This document shows, piece after piece, positions 22,420-34,417 of a DNA stretch of 64,000 nt. The stretch is from Monocercomonoides exilis PA203 (taxonomy: Eukaryota; Protista; Preaxostyla): positions 1,922,001-1,986,000 of the forward strand of contig LSRY02000003.1 in NCBI GenBank assembly GCA_001643675.2, read 5' to 3'. A program made the translations under genes and the position numbers. The first letter of the stretch is position 1. The number at the start of each line of letters is the position of its first letter. The notes beneath the pieces were generated by a model that had not been told where the DNA came from, searched no databases, and was given only the letters and a program-made list of their open reading frames with translations.

Positions 22420-24753
22420 ATGTTGAAAATCCTCTTCTCAAATAATTTTCATATTTTGAAGCAAATTTCTGAAATATTTCAATTGCAAGATTCATTCTCT
22501 TTCTCTCCATTCACTCATCTCTCTTTCTTCTCTACCCCCAACAACCTATCCACTTCTCTCTTTGCCTTCAACACATCTTTTCTTCACCAAACACGCTCTT
22601 CCTCAAATGATCCTGTGAAGGAAATTGGAAATGAAACTCACAGAAAATCACCTGGAAGGTTGACTTCTTTTGACATGAACAGCCATCGCTTTGAATGGTG
22701 CGAATGGAATGATTCAAATGGTGGAAGTGATTTTGGTGGAGCACTTAAAGTGAATCGCACAAATGCCAATCTCACAATCACTTCTTGTTCTTTCAACAAA
22801 TGCTCGACAACGAAGGAAGGATCAGCGTTGTTTTGTAATGCTTTGTTAAAAATTGATATTTCAAAATCTAATTTCACAAGCTGCTCAGCTGCTCATGGAG
22901 GAGCTGCGAGATTAGATAATCCACAATCATCTTCTGTTTGGACTTTCTCAGAAAACAGAGTTGAAAGTTGTTCAATAACTGATTGGTGTGGAACTGGTTG
23001 GTATTTTGCTCTAAATTATAATCAGTTAAATTTTCAATTCCTGTTCACCAAATGCAAGTGCATCGCAAATTCTGGTGGCGATTCTGCTGGTTCTTTAACA
23101 TTCAATGATCCTCCAACCAATAAGCCAAACCAATTTTTAGTTAATGAGTGCCAATTTATAAACAACAAATTGACAAGTTCAACTTCAACTCTTGGTGGTG
23201 CAGGTATTTATTTGGATGTCACTTATTCCTGGATGAATAGTATGAAATTCATAACTTTCTGCTTCTTCGATGGCAACACTGCCACTAATGGCAGAGGAAA
23301 TGATGTATTCTTCAGTGGTAATGCCATCACTCAATCTCCGTTTGAAAATTGTGGTTCAACAACTCCATCAAAAAGAGTGTGGAATCAAGGAACAGCTGAT
23401 AACCCTGCGTATAATGGCTGGCTCCCTCTCGTTGCCCAGAACAAAATCGTTTCTAACAGCGGAACTGATGTCGATGTCTGTGGCAGGCCCCAGCAGACCC
23501 CATGTGCCACCATCGAGTATGCCCTCACTGGCTTCATTTCCCTCCTCCAAGACGCCTCCCTCACCCTCCTCTCCTCAACATTTGTTCCAACTCAAACACT
23601 CACTTTCAGCGCTGTCGACACTAAAATCACAGGAAATGGCACAACTACCACCACCATCGCCTCCAGTGGCATTCCTCAACCACCAAACTCACATTCCCAG
23701 TCATCACAATCAACATCATCATTTTCATCATTTTCATCATTTTCATCTGCATCTTCTTCGCCAGATCCATCTGCCTCGTCTGCCCTCTTCCAACAGACCC
23801 AGGGCTCCCTCACAGTCTCTGCCCTTGCCATCGCCCACAACTCCTCAAACCAAATCACCCCCATCCTCTTCCACCTCTCCCAAAACTCCCCTTCCCTCAA
23901 CCTCAACACAACCACCATCACCGGAACAACCTCCACACCAATCAAAACACCCCTCTTCTTCCTCACTGCTGGCTCCCTCTCCCTCAACCACACAGCAATC
24001 ACCAGTCTCACCCTCAACAGCCAAAGCATCTTCCACCTCACCTCCCTCACAAATCCCCTCACCCTCAATTCCTCCAACATCACTCACATCACCTCCACAG
24101 CCACCCCTACCAGCTGTGTCCTCTCCTCTGCTTCCTCCCCTGCCCTCTCCCTCTCCCTCGCCAACTGCACCATCACCAGTATCAACTCAGAACAGTTGAG
24201 CCAACAAACTGCCACCAATGGCGGGTGCATCTCATTCGCCTCATCTTCCACTGCCAACACATTTTCTGCGAGGAACTCCACCTTCTCCAGCTGCTCTGTG
24301 AGCGAGGATACAAGTTCTGGAGGAAGAGGCGGCGCTCTCATGATCGAGTACAAGGATGATTCAGAAGTGTCATCCACAACCTTTTCCATCACCAATATCG
24401 TGTTTTCAGCCAACAAGGCCAGTGTCGGAAGAGATGTGTATTTTGTGTGTGAATCTCTTGTCGCTTCTGTGAAAGAGCCCTTGTTTGCCTTCATGAGAAG
24501 CATCGATCAACAAGACAACTCGGTTGTTGGACACGACAGAACAGAAGCATTCGGAGATTGGAATGTCAATTTGTTTATATTTCTCAACGGGCATACAGCT
24601 GACAATGAATATGCGAATGATCATCTTGGTATCAAAGCAATGAATTGCTGGCTATCAAAGATGCCCTGCAAGAGGACACAAAATGCGATGTGTCTTCTGG
24701 AGAAGGTGCAGATCATAAGGCAGAAATCATTTCATCAGCTGACTTGTCGGTGA
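22420..24753 (+). CDS. Cassette C: leaderless beta-helix variable domain with long stalk (777-aa ORF; probably a partial gene or pseudogene)
   Basis: No signal peptide. Variable domain is followed by ~450 aa with further NGGCI/GRGGAL repeats, then decays into the shared 3' module. Confidence 0.78.
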   Translation: MLKILFSNNFHILKQISEIFQLQDSFSFSPFTHLSFFSTPNNLSTSLFAFNTSFLHQTRSSSNDPVKEIGNETHRKSPGRLTSFDMNSHRFEWCEWNDSNGGSDFGGALKVNRTNANLTITSCSFNKCSTTKEGSALFCNALLKIDISKSNFTSCSAAHGGAARLDNPQSSSVWTFSENRVESCSITDWCGTGWYFALNYNQLNFQFLFTKCKCIANSGGDSAGSLTFNDPPTNKPNQFLVNECQFINNKLTSSTSTLGGAGIYLDVTYSWMNSMKFITFCFFDGNTATNGRGNDVFFSGNAITQSPFENCGSTTPSKRVWNQGTADNPAYNGWLPLVAQNKIVSNSGTDVDVCGRPQQTPCATIEYALTGFISLLQDASLTLLSSTFVPTQTLTFSAVDTKITGNGTTTTTIASSGIPQPPNSHSQSSQSTSSFSSFSSFSSASSSPDPSASSALFQQTQGSLTVSALAIAHNSSNQITPILFHLSQNSPSLNLNTTTITGTTSTPIKTPLFFLTAGSLSLNHTAITSLTLNSQSIFHLTSLTNPLTLNSSNITHITSTATPTSCVLSSASSPALSLSLANCTITSINSEQLSQQTATNGGCISFASSSTANTFSARNSTFSSCSVSEDTSSGGRGGALMIEYKDDSEVSSTTFSITNIVFSANKASVGRDVYFVCESLVASVKEPLFAFMRSIDQQDNSVVGHDRTEAFGDWNVNLFIFLNGHTADNEYANDHLGIKAMNCWLSKMPCKRTQNAMCLLEKVQIIRQKSFHQLTCR

Positions 24754-25852
24754 ATTTATGTGCAAATGAGGACAAAGTCGAAGAAATTTGAAGAGAAGGC
24801 ACAAACACAAAAAATAAGAAATTGCCTCTAAAACACTTTTGATGGATTAATCATCACATGGCTGCTGTAAATTCTGTTATTTCATAGAAATTTTCTTTGA
24901 ACATGTCTTTCCTTGAAATCGCTTTCCTTCATCGTCTCATCTTTGATTGTTTGTAGAAGGCTCGCAACAATGTTAAAATCTGAAGAAGAACATCCAACAT
25001 GGTCAAAAGGCCTCCTTTTTTATTGAACGCCATCTGATAGACTTTTCTAGGCTAAATATTGAATCATTTCGTTGCTGTGTTAGGTCTGGCTGAAATTCTA
25101 CACAAGAATGAATTTTCATTTTGCGATTATGAATAGAAAATTGATGGCAATGTTTGACTTCGAATTCCACGGGAGTTGCATCAGAAGAAAATTGTAACAT
25201 TTTTGTTGTTCCTTGAAGAAGGCGTTGAAGATGAACAGAACAAGAATGAAAAGACTGATTTTGGCCCAAATAGACTTTTTATCACAAATAACTTGAATGG
25301 AAATATAAATTATACAGTTTTTGATATGTTGAAAGGAAGAAATGCAAATGAAACAATTTTTGGCTCATGTGGTATTTCTGCTCACGGAAAATACATAAAT
25401 ATTTCCGAATGAGGATGCTCTGCCAAAATGTCAAGCGAGAGGGAGCGGCAAAATAGTCAAAGATCGATGAATAAGACGAAGAAGATGAATAAGACGAAGA
25501 AGGCGAAGAAGAAAGTACAGAAAGGAAAATAAAAATGGAAACAGAGAAATCTTTGAATGATCAGATGATTTTTTTGAAGAAGAATATGAGAAGGCTCCAT
25601 ATGACATTGTCGACTGAATATAATATCTTATTTAACAAGTTGACTTCACAAGGAGATAATAATCCAAATTGCAATATTTATGATTGATACTTTCAAGTCA
25701 ACAAACTTAATAATATTCCCTCAAAGCCAATTGACTCCCTTTTTGTGATATTCCTGCCTTTCCCTTCGCAAACTGAAAATGATGCTGTTCTGTCAACGCT
25801 AAAAGTTCAAATGAATCAAAATCCTAATGATGATGTCAGCAAAGAAGAAGGT

Positions 25853-25995
25853 GAAGAAGAAGAAGAAGAAGAAGAAGAAGAAGAAGAAGAAGAAGAAGAA
25901 GAAGAAGAAGAAGAAGAAGAAGAAGAAGCAGGAGGAGGAGGAGAAGGAGAAGAAGGAGAAGGTGAAGAAGAAGGAGAAGAAGAAGAAGAAGAAGA
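25853..25995 (+). repeat. (GAA)n microsatellite / purine tract
   Basis: About 25 perfect GAA units, then a GGA/GAA mix. Confidence 0.95.
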
Positions 25996-25999
25996 CGAA

Positions 26000-28900
26000 A
26001 AAGAAGATGCAGTTGAGAAATGCGAAAACAGTCGAACGATATTTATGATGTTGAGAATAATTTGTATGAAGTCGTTGATTGGCCAAAACGGCTCGCTTGC
26101 TGTATAAATTTCAGATTGGTTCGAAAAACTCAATCACAATATTTGTGACAAACAGATTGTGGAAATCAATCTTGCTGTATTTCTTCAAAGGCAATAAACT
26201 TTCTTTTTGCGATTTCCTCTCCTTTCCCCTCAAAAATAGAAAATGAAGATATATCTCAATTTCCATTCCTTTCCAATTTTCCTCTTCCATTCAGCTCGCA
26301 AAATCATCAAAAAATATCAATCCCTTCCTTTTCTTCATCTTTCCCATCCTCTTCCATAAAATCTTCTCCTCTCAAAAAATATCCCTCTTCTAATCGAATA
26401 TTTCACAATTGTCATCTTCTCTGTTTCGCTTTTGCCCTTTTTTCTTTCTTTTCAAAATCCATTTCTCCCATCAACAATAAACACCTTCCTCATCATCCTC
26501 AACCACTTCTCTATATATTTACTACATTTTCTTCTCCAAATCTCCACTTGCTCTTCTCCACCTTTTTGTCTCAGAATTTCTTCCTTTCAAAAATCTCTCT
26601 CGAAATATTAACATTCCAAAAAAACATTCAACTCCCACCCCCTGCCACAAATAATCCTCTTCCATCTCTTCTCTGCCCCATATCCCTCATGTTCATGTTA
26701 TTGACAAGATAAACGAGATATATTTCTTTTGGTGGTTGAGAATATTATTAAAGGAGATGATCATGCCAAAAACAGAAAAAAACACCTCTGCACATCCACC
26801 ACAATGTGTACGGGCTGAAAAGGCCCTCCAGTGAGATATTCAATGTATTTTGTGGAGAAGGATGCAATGCTGTATTCAACCATTCTGAGACTGAAATGAA
26901 GAGATTGATTTTTTGAATGATGATGGCTGTGGAAATGAAGCTGTTTGGCAAAATACAGTCGAAGAGCAGTTTGGTCTTTATTTATTTTTATTTATATGAA
27001 TATTTATCTGTTGAATGTTTTTGTGTTTCTTTCAGGGCGGGAGGTGGAAATGAATGAAAATGAACGAAATGTTTATATCTCGTTATGCAGGGTGAACATC
27101 GAGTTGGGAGAGCGAATTCATATGGAAAGTGCCCAGGGTGAAGGGATTGGGGAGGGAATTGGAGATGATATTTTCAGACGAAAAACAGGACATTTTTCAA
27201 TGATGAGAGTGGAATTTGAGCCAAATATATAAATTTCACATTTTCAGAAGGACCAGAAATCGATGCACTTGATGGAGAAACAACTGATGGAAAGGACGAT
27301 TTGCGAATCAGATGATGAAACATTCGAAAAAGGAAGGAATTATGAATTTTTATTGGAGGGAAACAGTTGCCAATTGGATAAAATAGAGTTATTGACTTGA
27401 GCATTGGTTCTGAAGGTTTGATATTGTTATTTTTTGAAGTAATTATTATTTTGTTTTAAGAATGCTGAAAGAATGAAGGATTGCATGACCTTGAAGAAGA
27501 AGAAAAGTTGGGAAGAAAAATGAAATGAAGATTGATGAAATTAAAGATTAATAGAAGATGCCTGACATTGGGCTTTGGCGAAGAATTATTTTTGAGGAAA
27601 GAAGATTTTTTTGAGAAAGAGGGGAAGTGAAAGAAGAAAAGATGGAATGAAAAAGAGATTGACCTATGTTTCCAATTTTTTGTTGGAAAGAGAGAAAGAA
27701 TCAAATTGAAATTGTTATGAATTCAAAGGATATAAAACGCCAGAAGAAGACAAAAACCTGAAGAAGAGAATTTCAATGAATTTCTCCGTTGACATTAATT
27801 GGCTCTCATCTTCTCAATTTTCAACAATTAATAATCTCATTCAATTCATTCATCATCATTACCATCTTCTTCTTCTTCTTCTTCAAACACATCAACAACA
27901 TATAATACAACAAATTCCTCAACATGTACTTCATCTGATTGGATTTCTTCACGATCTGTTTCATCATCAGGGATCATGAATGAAATGAAGAAGAAGAAAG
28001 AAATATATTGATGAAGGAAAACATAACAAATAAAAATGAGAAAAAGAAGAATGAAAGAAGAGGAGAAAGAGAAAGAGAAAGCGAGTGAAGAGATTATTTT
28101 GAGAGGGGATTCAGAAAGAAAATGGAATTGAGAAAATGAAAGAGGGTTTTTTGAATGAAAGGAAGAAGATGAATGAATTTCAAATATGAGTTGGAAATTA
28201 AATTTGAGAAGAGAAGGAAGGTTGAACAGCACAAAAGAGATTATTTTAATCAGAAAAGGAAGATGCTTGAGAAGCGGGAAAAATTGAAAATCAGAACAAC
28301 AAAGAAGACAATACGATGAATTAAAGGAGAAATCAAAAGTTATGAAAAAAGAGAGAAAAGAAGGAAAGAGATGAGAGGAGATGATAGAGAAAGAAAAAAA
28401 TAAGAGATGGAAGAATGAAAAACATTTAATTGAAAAAATTAGGAGAGAAAAGCCAAAACCTGTAGTTTTTATCAGTGTCATCATCCGTGTTTTTATTTCA
28501 CACTCTTTTTGCTGGTGTTGTTGAACCGCAATTCTCAAACGGAGATTGAGCGATTGCATTGCCACTGAAGAACACGTCGTTTCCCCTTCCATTTGTTGCG
28601 GAATTACCATCGAAGAAACAATAAGTGATGAATTTCATACTATTCATCCATGAATATGGTGGAAGGAAGCAAATTGCAGCTCCTCCATAATTGGCAGAGG
28701 CAGTCAGATTGTTGTTAATAAACTGACAATCATTGATTAAAAATTGACTTGGCTTGTTTCCTGGAGGATTATAAAATGTTAAAGAACCAGCAGAATCGTT
28801 ACCAGAATTTGAGATGCACTTGCATTTGGAAAACAGAAATTGAAAATTTAACTGATTATAATTTAGAGCAAAATACCAACCAGTTCCACACCAATCAGTT

Positions 28901-31529
28901 ATTGAACAACTTTCCACTCTATTTTCTGAGAATGAATAAACAGAATTTGTTTGAGGATACCATATTGCAGCTGCTCCTCCATGAAGCGCAGAACAATTTG
29001 TGAAATTGGATTTTGTGATATCTATATTTAGCAAATATGCACATAATAACGCTCCGCCTTGGCCATTCCCTGTGCATGAACATTTATTGAATGAACAGGA
29101 AATGATTGAGAGATTTGCATTTGTGCAAATAACTTTAAGTGCGCCTCCGTCACTTGATCCACTGCTTGAATCTTTCCATTCGCACCATTCAAATTTATGG
29201 CTGTTTAGATCAAAAGAAGCCTGTCTTCCAGGTGATTTTCTGTGAGTTTCATTTCCAACATGTACAACAGCATCATTTGGTGAAGAGCGTGTTTGGTGGA
29301 GAAAAGAAGTGTTGAAGGCAGAGAGAGAAGTGGCAGGGCTGTTGAGGTTGGGGAGAATGACTCCATCGATGGGGTTGTGGGTGTGTTTGAAGATGGTTGA
29401 GTGGATGGAGAGAGATGAGTGAAGGGAGAAGGAGGGGATTGAATTGATGTTGGTGTTGGTGGAAGTGGAAGAAGTGGATAAGGTGGTTGAGATAAAAGGA
29501 TTGAGTGAGTGTGAATGAAGGGATGGAAGTGATAGAGGGGATTGGGGAGATGAGATGTTGGAGAAGAGGGTGTTTGAGAGATGGAGATTGAGGTGGATTT
29601 GGAGGTGGGGATGGGATTGGTGATGGATATGGAGAGGGGAAGGGGAAGAGAAAGAGGAAATGGAAGGGGAAAGGGAAGGGGAAGGGGAAGAAAAAGAAGA
29701 TGATGAGGATGAGAAAGATGAAGGAGAAGGGGAAAGGGAAGGAGATGGAGAAGGGGATGGGGAAGAGAGGGAAGAAGGAGAAAAAAGGAAGGGCTGGACG
29801 AGGGAGACGAATGAGGAGAATGAGGAGTGGGAGATGGAGAAGGAGGCAGGGATTGGGGAGTGGGGATCTGGGAGGAGATTGTTTGGGGTGGAGAAGAGAG
29901 GGAAGGAGAAGATGGCAGGTTGGTGGGTGATGAGGGAGAAGTTTGTGAGGGCGATGGAGGCATGGGCAGAGAGGAAGAGGGGGCAGTGGTGGTGGTGGTT
30001 GTTGTTGGTGAGGGAAGGTGGGTGGATGGTGCAAGTGGAGGAGGAGATGGAGGCAGCGGAGTGGTGTTGGGCAGTGAGGAGTGGACAACCAGCGAGGGGG
30101 ATGAGGTTGAGATGGGTCACACACAAGGAGGTGTTGATGAGGGCGAGGCTTGTCTGAGCACCACAGATGTGATTTCCCGACGCATATTCCACCTTGTCTG
30201 GGTGAGCGCCTCTGATGATGCTGTTTGCGATGTCTTCTCCATGAACGAGATTTATGGTGAGGAATGCAGCGAGTATTTGAGCTAATGCTGTGATCCTAAT
30301 CATTTTCAAACTGCAGTGCAATTTCATATCTCCTCGCAAATAACCATAATTCTTTATGGTTTTATTTCTTTTGAAGTATTTTGAACGTTGTCAAGCAACA
30401 ATTTAATTCACAATAATTTCAATAAGCAGAATTGGATGGATGATAAAATCATGATTTTTCATTTTAATTAAATAATTTTTTTGAGAAGTGAGGTGTTAAT
30501 TCATTGTTCAAAAACAGCTTGAAAATCGATATTTTTCATTTTCACATAATGAACATTTGTGAAGTCGAAGAACCAGTTATTTCAACAGCGTTAATTGGAT
30601 CTGAAAAAGTAAGAAAGATAATGTTTCAGTTAAAAATATCTGAAATCTCATCTTAGACTTTTGTGTTTAACATTTGCCACATAGCCATCATTGTGTTCGT
30701 TTGGAGGAAAAAAAAATTGTACAGTGATTTTTGAGTTTATCAAAAAAGATATTATACTATCAGTGTATAACAATCACCATTCAAGGAAAATGAATAATTG
30801 CTTTTTGAATAGATTTTGTATTTGATTAAAGAATGTCTCTTCATTTTGTGCAAATTACAAATTTGATAACTTTTGTTCAACTATTTTTTCTTAAAAGGGT
30901 AATTTATAAAAAAATCCTTTTTTTTCTGTTTTTTGTTTTTTGATATTTCAGAAATATTTTTTTTTTCCAAAAAATCATTATCATAATAACATTTTATCAC
31001 AATTGCAAAAAAAGCGAACGTTATAGATGAATTCATTGAAACTCTGAAATAATCAAAATCCATTTCACTCAATTATTTGTTATTATAACCATCTTGAAAG
31101 GAACAGAAACTTCTTTTTGTTCAACATTTAGTATTTTGATTGAAACATCAAAAACGAAAACATTATCCTTTTAAATCTTTTTATCAATATTTTTTGTTTA
31201 AGGTTTTTCAATCGAAATACAAAAACATGGAAGAATAAATATTGCTTAAAGCTTTCAGATTAAAAAAGCTTTTTCTTCATTGAATGTGGATGAGCATTTC
31301 AAAAATAAAATGTCAAGTGTTCTTGTTATTGTTCAAGTGCTGGAACACACACACATTATTTCTTAAAAACGACAATCTATTATCTTTTTTCATTTGAGTG
31401 ATATTATGAAATCAAATACACATAATATTATTCAATTTCGAAAGAAATTAATTCAATTTCGGAATTAATAATTCAAAATCGAAAATATATAATTCGAATT
31501 GGAAAATGAAAAAAAAAATACAAAAAATT
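26000..31529 (-). repeat. Right arm of the large inverted duplication
   Basis: Reverse complement of 8276-13620, except in the variable domain and short tail. Confidence 0.93.
28498..30327 (-). CDS. Cassette D: same upstream region, signal peptide and linker as A, with a different variable domain
   Basis: First ~280 aa almost identical to A, domain diverged. Ends at TGA where paralogues have TGG (KRVW). Confidence 0.8.
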   Translation of the reverse strand: MKLHCSLKMIRITALAQILAAFLTINLVHGEDIANSIIRGAHPDKVEYASGNHICGAQTSLALINTSLCVTHLNLIPLAGCPLLTAQHHSAASISSSTCTIHPPSLTNNNHHHHCPLFLSAHASIALTNFSLITHQPAIFSFPLFSTPNNLLPDPHSPIPASFSISHSSFSSFVSLVQPFLFSPSSLSSPSPSPSPSLSPSPSSFSSSSSSFSSPSPSLSPSISSFSSPSPLHIHHQSHPHLQIHLNLHLSNTLFSNISSPQSPLSLPSLHSHSLNPFISTTLSTSSTSTNTNINSIPSFSLHSSLSIHSTIFKHTHNPIDGVILPNLNSPATSLSAFNTSFLHQTRSSPNDAVVHVGNETHRKSPGRQASFDLNSHKFEWCEWKDSSSGSSDGGALKVICTNANLSIISCSFNKCSCTGNGQGGALLCAYLLNIDITKSNFTNCSALHGGAAAIWYPQTNSVYSFSENRVESCSITDWCGTGWYFALNYNQLNFQFLFSKCKCISNSGNDSAGSLTFYNPPGNKPSQFLINDCQFINNNLTASANYGGAAICFLPPYSWMNSMKFITYCFFDGNSATNGRGNDVFFSGNAIAQSPFENCGSTTPAKRV

Positions 31530-32120
31530 GATTTATTGATTGTTTCAATTTAAAAAAAAACAGTTTTCTTTGAGTTATAATACTTGAAAAAGAAGAAAAT
31601 AACATGAAATTTTCTGAAATCCATTCTCGAGATAAATTAAAAAATTCCGTCAAAAATGAAATTCGAAATTGAAATGTTATTTTTCGAAATCGAATTAATA
31701 AATTGAGAAATTGATTTATTAATTTTCGATTTTGAAATATTAATTCCGAAATTGAATTTTCAAATTTCGAAAATGAATTATTTTTTTCAAATAAGAATTA
31801 TTTTTGGTGTTTATGGTTCGTATATTATTTTTGCATTCTCGATAATGGACATCGAGAAGTGATTGCACTTTTTGTTAAATAAAATTACATAAATGCATCT
31901 TTAACGTTCATTTTCATGTAAATTGCAAAACATAAAATATGGAAATGAAAATATTCCATGTATTAACAAAAGATAATTATGAATTTAACACTCCGGAAAA
32001 TGTGATGATTTTAATAATTATCATACACATTTGGCTAATTTTTGTTTTGAAAAGTTCCTTTTGATTAATATTCAGATAAAAAAATTTTTAACATTTTCAT
32101 CAATTTTCTGTTCCTGCTTA

Positions 32121-32498
32121 CAGATATCGCACAAAGTACTGGACTAGATCGATTTCACAATAACTACAAGAGGAATAATTCTGACAATTTTCCTCAAAAT
32201 ACATCTCATGAATGCAAAGTAAATTGATAATCAGACTTTTATTGACTTATCGATTGAATGCAATTAATAAGAATTTTTTAAATCTCGGAGAAATAGGATT
32301 TTGAGTTTCTCCGAGATTTTAATTATCATTTTTTTCTGAGCATAAATGAAGCTTCTTCGAAGGTTTTGTATATCAGATGAGTTTGTATTGTTGAGATGTA
32401 TTTTGAGGAAAATTGTCAGAATTTTACCTCTTGTGGTTATTGTGAAATCGATCTTGTCCGGTATTTTGTGCGATGTCAGGTATTTTATGCGATATCTG
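32121..32498. mobile_element. Diverged foldback MITE (family of 50238-50633)
   Basis: Ends CAGATATCGCA...TGCGATATCTG. Central ATCTCGGAGAAA-12-nt loop-TTTCTCCGAGAT. Imperfect arms. Confidence 0.85.
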
Positions 32499-33439
32499 TT
32501 CGTTACTTTTCTGAAATGGAAAAAGTGGCATTGTCAAGTTTTTATTTTCATGATAGCGAAATTTGGTGAGCAGGAACAAAAATTTGATCAAAATATGAAA
32601 TCTTTATTCTATTTGAGAATTGAACAAAATGAATTTTTCAAAAAAATTTTGAAACATGCAATTAACATTTGGTGGAAAATACCGTCTATCAAGCTATTTA
32701 GCTCAACGAATGAAAGAAAAGTTTCACTCATATCTTTGTTTGACTTTTTCTGATTTCAATATATTTTGGATTTATATCTTTGAAACACATATTATTGATA
32801 TTCTTCAAAAATGCTTATTTTCCTCACATGCATATAAAAAAAAACACATTTTTCACATTTTTCTAATCATAGTGAGTTTATCGAAAGCACATTATATTTC
32901 AATGAAAATGCTTGAAGTCACAAAAATTTCACATTCACAAAAAAGGAAATTGTTCTTTTTTCTTTTCTTATCATTTCTTTCCTTATCATTTCTTTTTTTT
33001 TTTCTTTTCTTTTTCTTTTCTTTTCTTTTCTTTTCTTTCGTTTTTTTAACTTCTGAATTTATCTCATTATTATTTTTAAATGTTTATTTTTCATTTTCAT
33101 TTCATTAATTTTTTCACATGTCATTCTTCTGTGATTCTGCTTTGCTCATCTTTTCTCTCTTTCTCTTTCTCTTTCTCTTTCTCTCTCTCCCTCTCTCCCT
33201 CCTTTTTTTTTTTTTTTTTTTTTTTTGTCATTGTTGAATCTTTGTCCAAATTCAACTAGCACTGCAAATTACATGGATGATCTTTTTAAATAATAGAATT
33301 CATTCAAAGTTTTTAATAATTACTTTTTTCTTTATTAGACTTATAAAAAATTGAGCTGCAACGGTTGATGCAAACTGTTTATGATGCTGAAATAAAAGAG
33401 ATACATTTTTATAATAATTAACTTTGAGACGAAAACCAA

Positions 33440-33530
33440 TGATCAGAATTTGAATGAAAGAGTGATTTCAAAAAGGATCAGCCAGTTACTGATCCTTTTT
33501 GAAATCAGACTTTCGTTCGAGTTTTAATCA
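33440..33530. repeat. ~90-bp palindrome, with a partial second copy at ~34167-34221
   Basis: Perfect core TGATTTCAAAAAGGATCAG-7 nt-CTGATCCTTTTTGAAATCA (33463-33507) with imperfect extension. Confidence 0.75.
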
Positions 33531-33615
33531 AAAAATCTTTCTTTAAAGGGATTTTGAAAAAAATGAGTTGAAATTGATAACACTTATTGTTTATGAAGTT
33601 GTTATTGCAATAACA

Positions 33616-34124
33616 GGTAAATGCAGAAAATAGGGGTACCTAAATTTTTTCATTGTTTTGTTATATATAGAAATAAAAATCTAATTCACATTCATTCATG
33701 TGCTGCATATAAGTGACACATCAAATAAGAAAATTATGAAGGAAAAATGAAACAAACAATATCATATTCAAATTTATTTTCTAGTTTTTTTTATGTTATG
33801 TTCCAAAAAATAAATTTTTAAAAAAGGAAAATTTGAATTATTACCGTCAAATACCTAGAAACAGGACGTTCTATCATGCTTTTCAGTGGTGTGACATTTT
33901 AAGAATATTTTGAAGTTGTGGATAACCGTGATGCTTCAAAATTATTTTTTTGTTAATATTCTGGGTTTCTTTTTTTCATGATTTATTCATTGATGCACAC
34001 TAATTTTTCTCCAAACCTAAAAAATCGTTATTATTTATCTTTTAAATAGCATGTGGCTCGATTATTATGCAGGATGAATGATTAGCTTTAAGATTTTTAG
34101 GTACCCCTATCTTCTGCTCTTACA
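33616..34124. mobile_element. Non-autonomous Merlin-type MITE (509 bp)
   Basis: TIR GGTAAATGCAGAAAATAGGGGTACCTAAA vs TGTAAGAGCAGAAGATAGGGGTACCTAAA. Perfect 8-bp TSD CAATAACA (33608-33615 and 34125-34132). Confidence 0.82.
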
Positions 34125-34417
34125 CAATAACAAATTTTTCCACAAATCCCATTGAGTTTATATTTTTGATCAAAACTCGAACGAAAGTATGATTTCAAAA
34201 AGTATCAGCCAACTTTTTGAATTATTGTTCCTAAATAGTTTCCCAAATGCAACTTTTTTCTTTTTAAATTTTCTTTACAGTTTTCCCCCGTATTGTGTTA
34301 TTGAAAAGTATTCTTCCACAAATTTTAATTTCAAGAATTTTTTTTAGCTAAATTTTTAAAAAGAAAATATATACATGACTAAATTTCCTTTAACAGTCGT
34401 TGTAAAACAAATAATAA

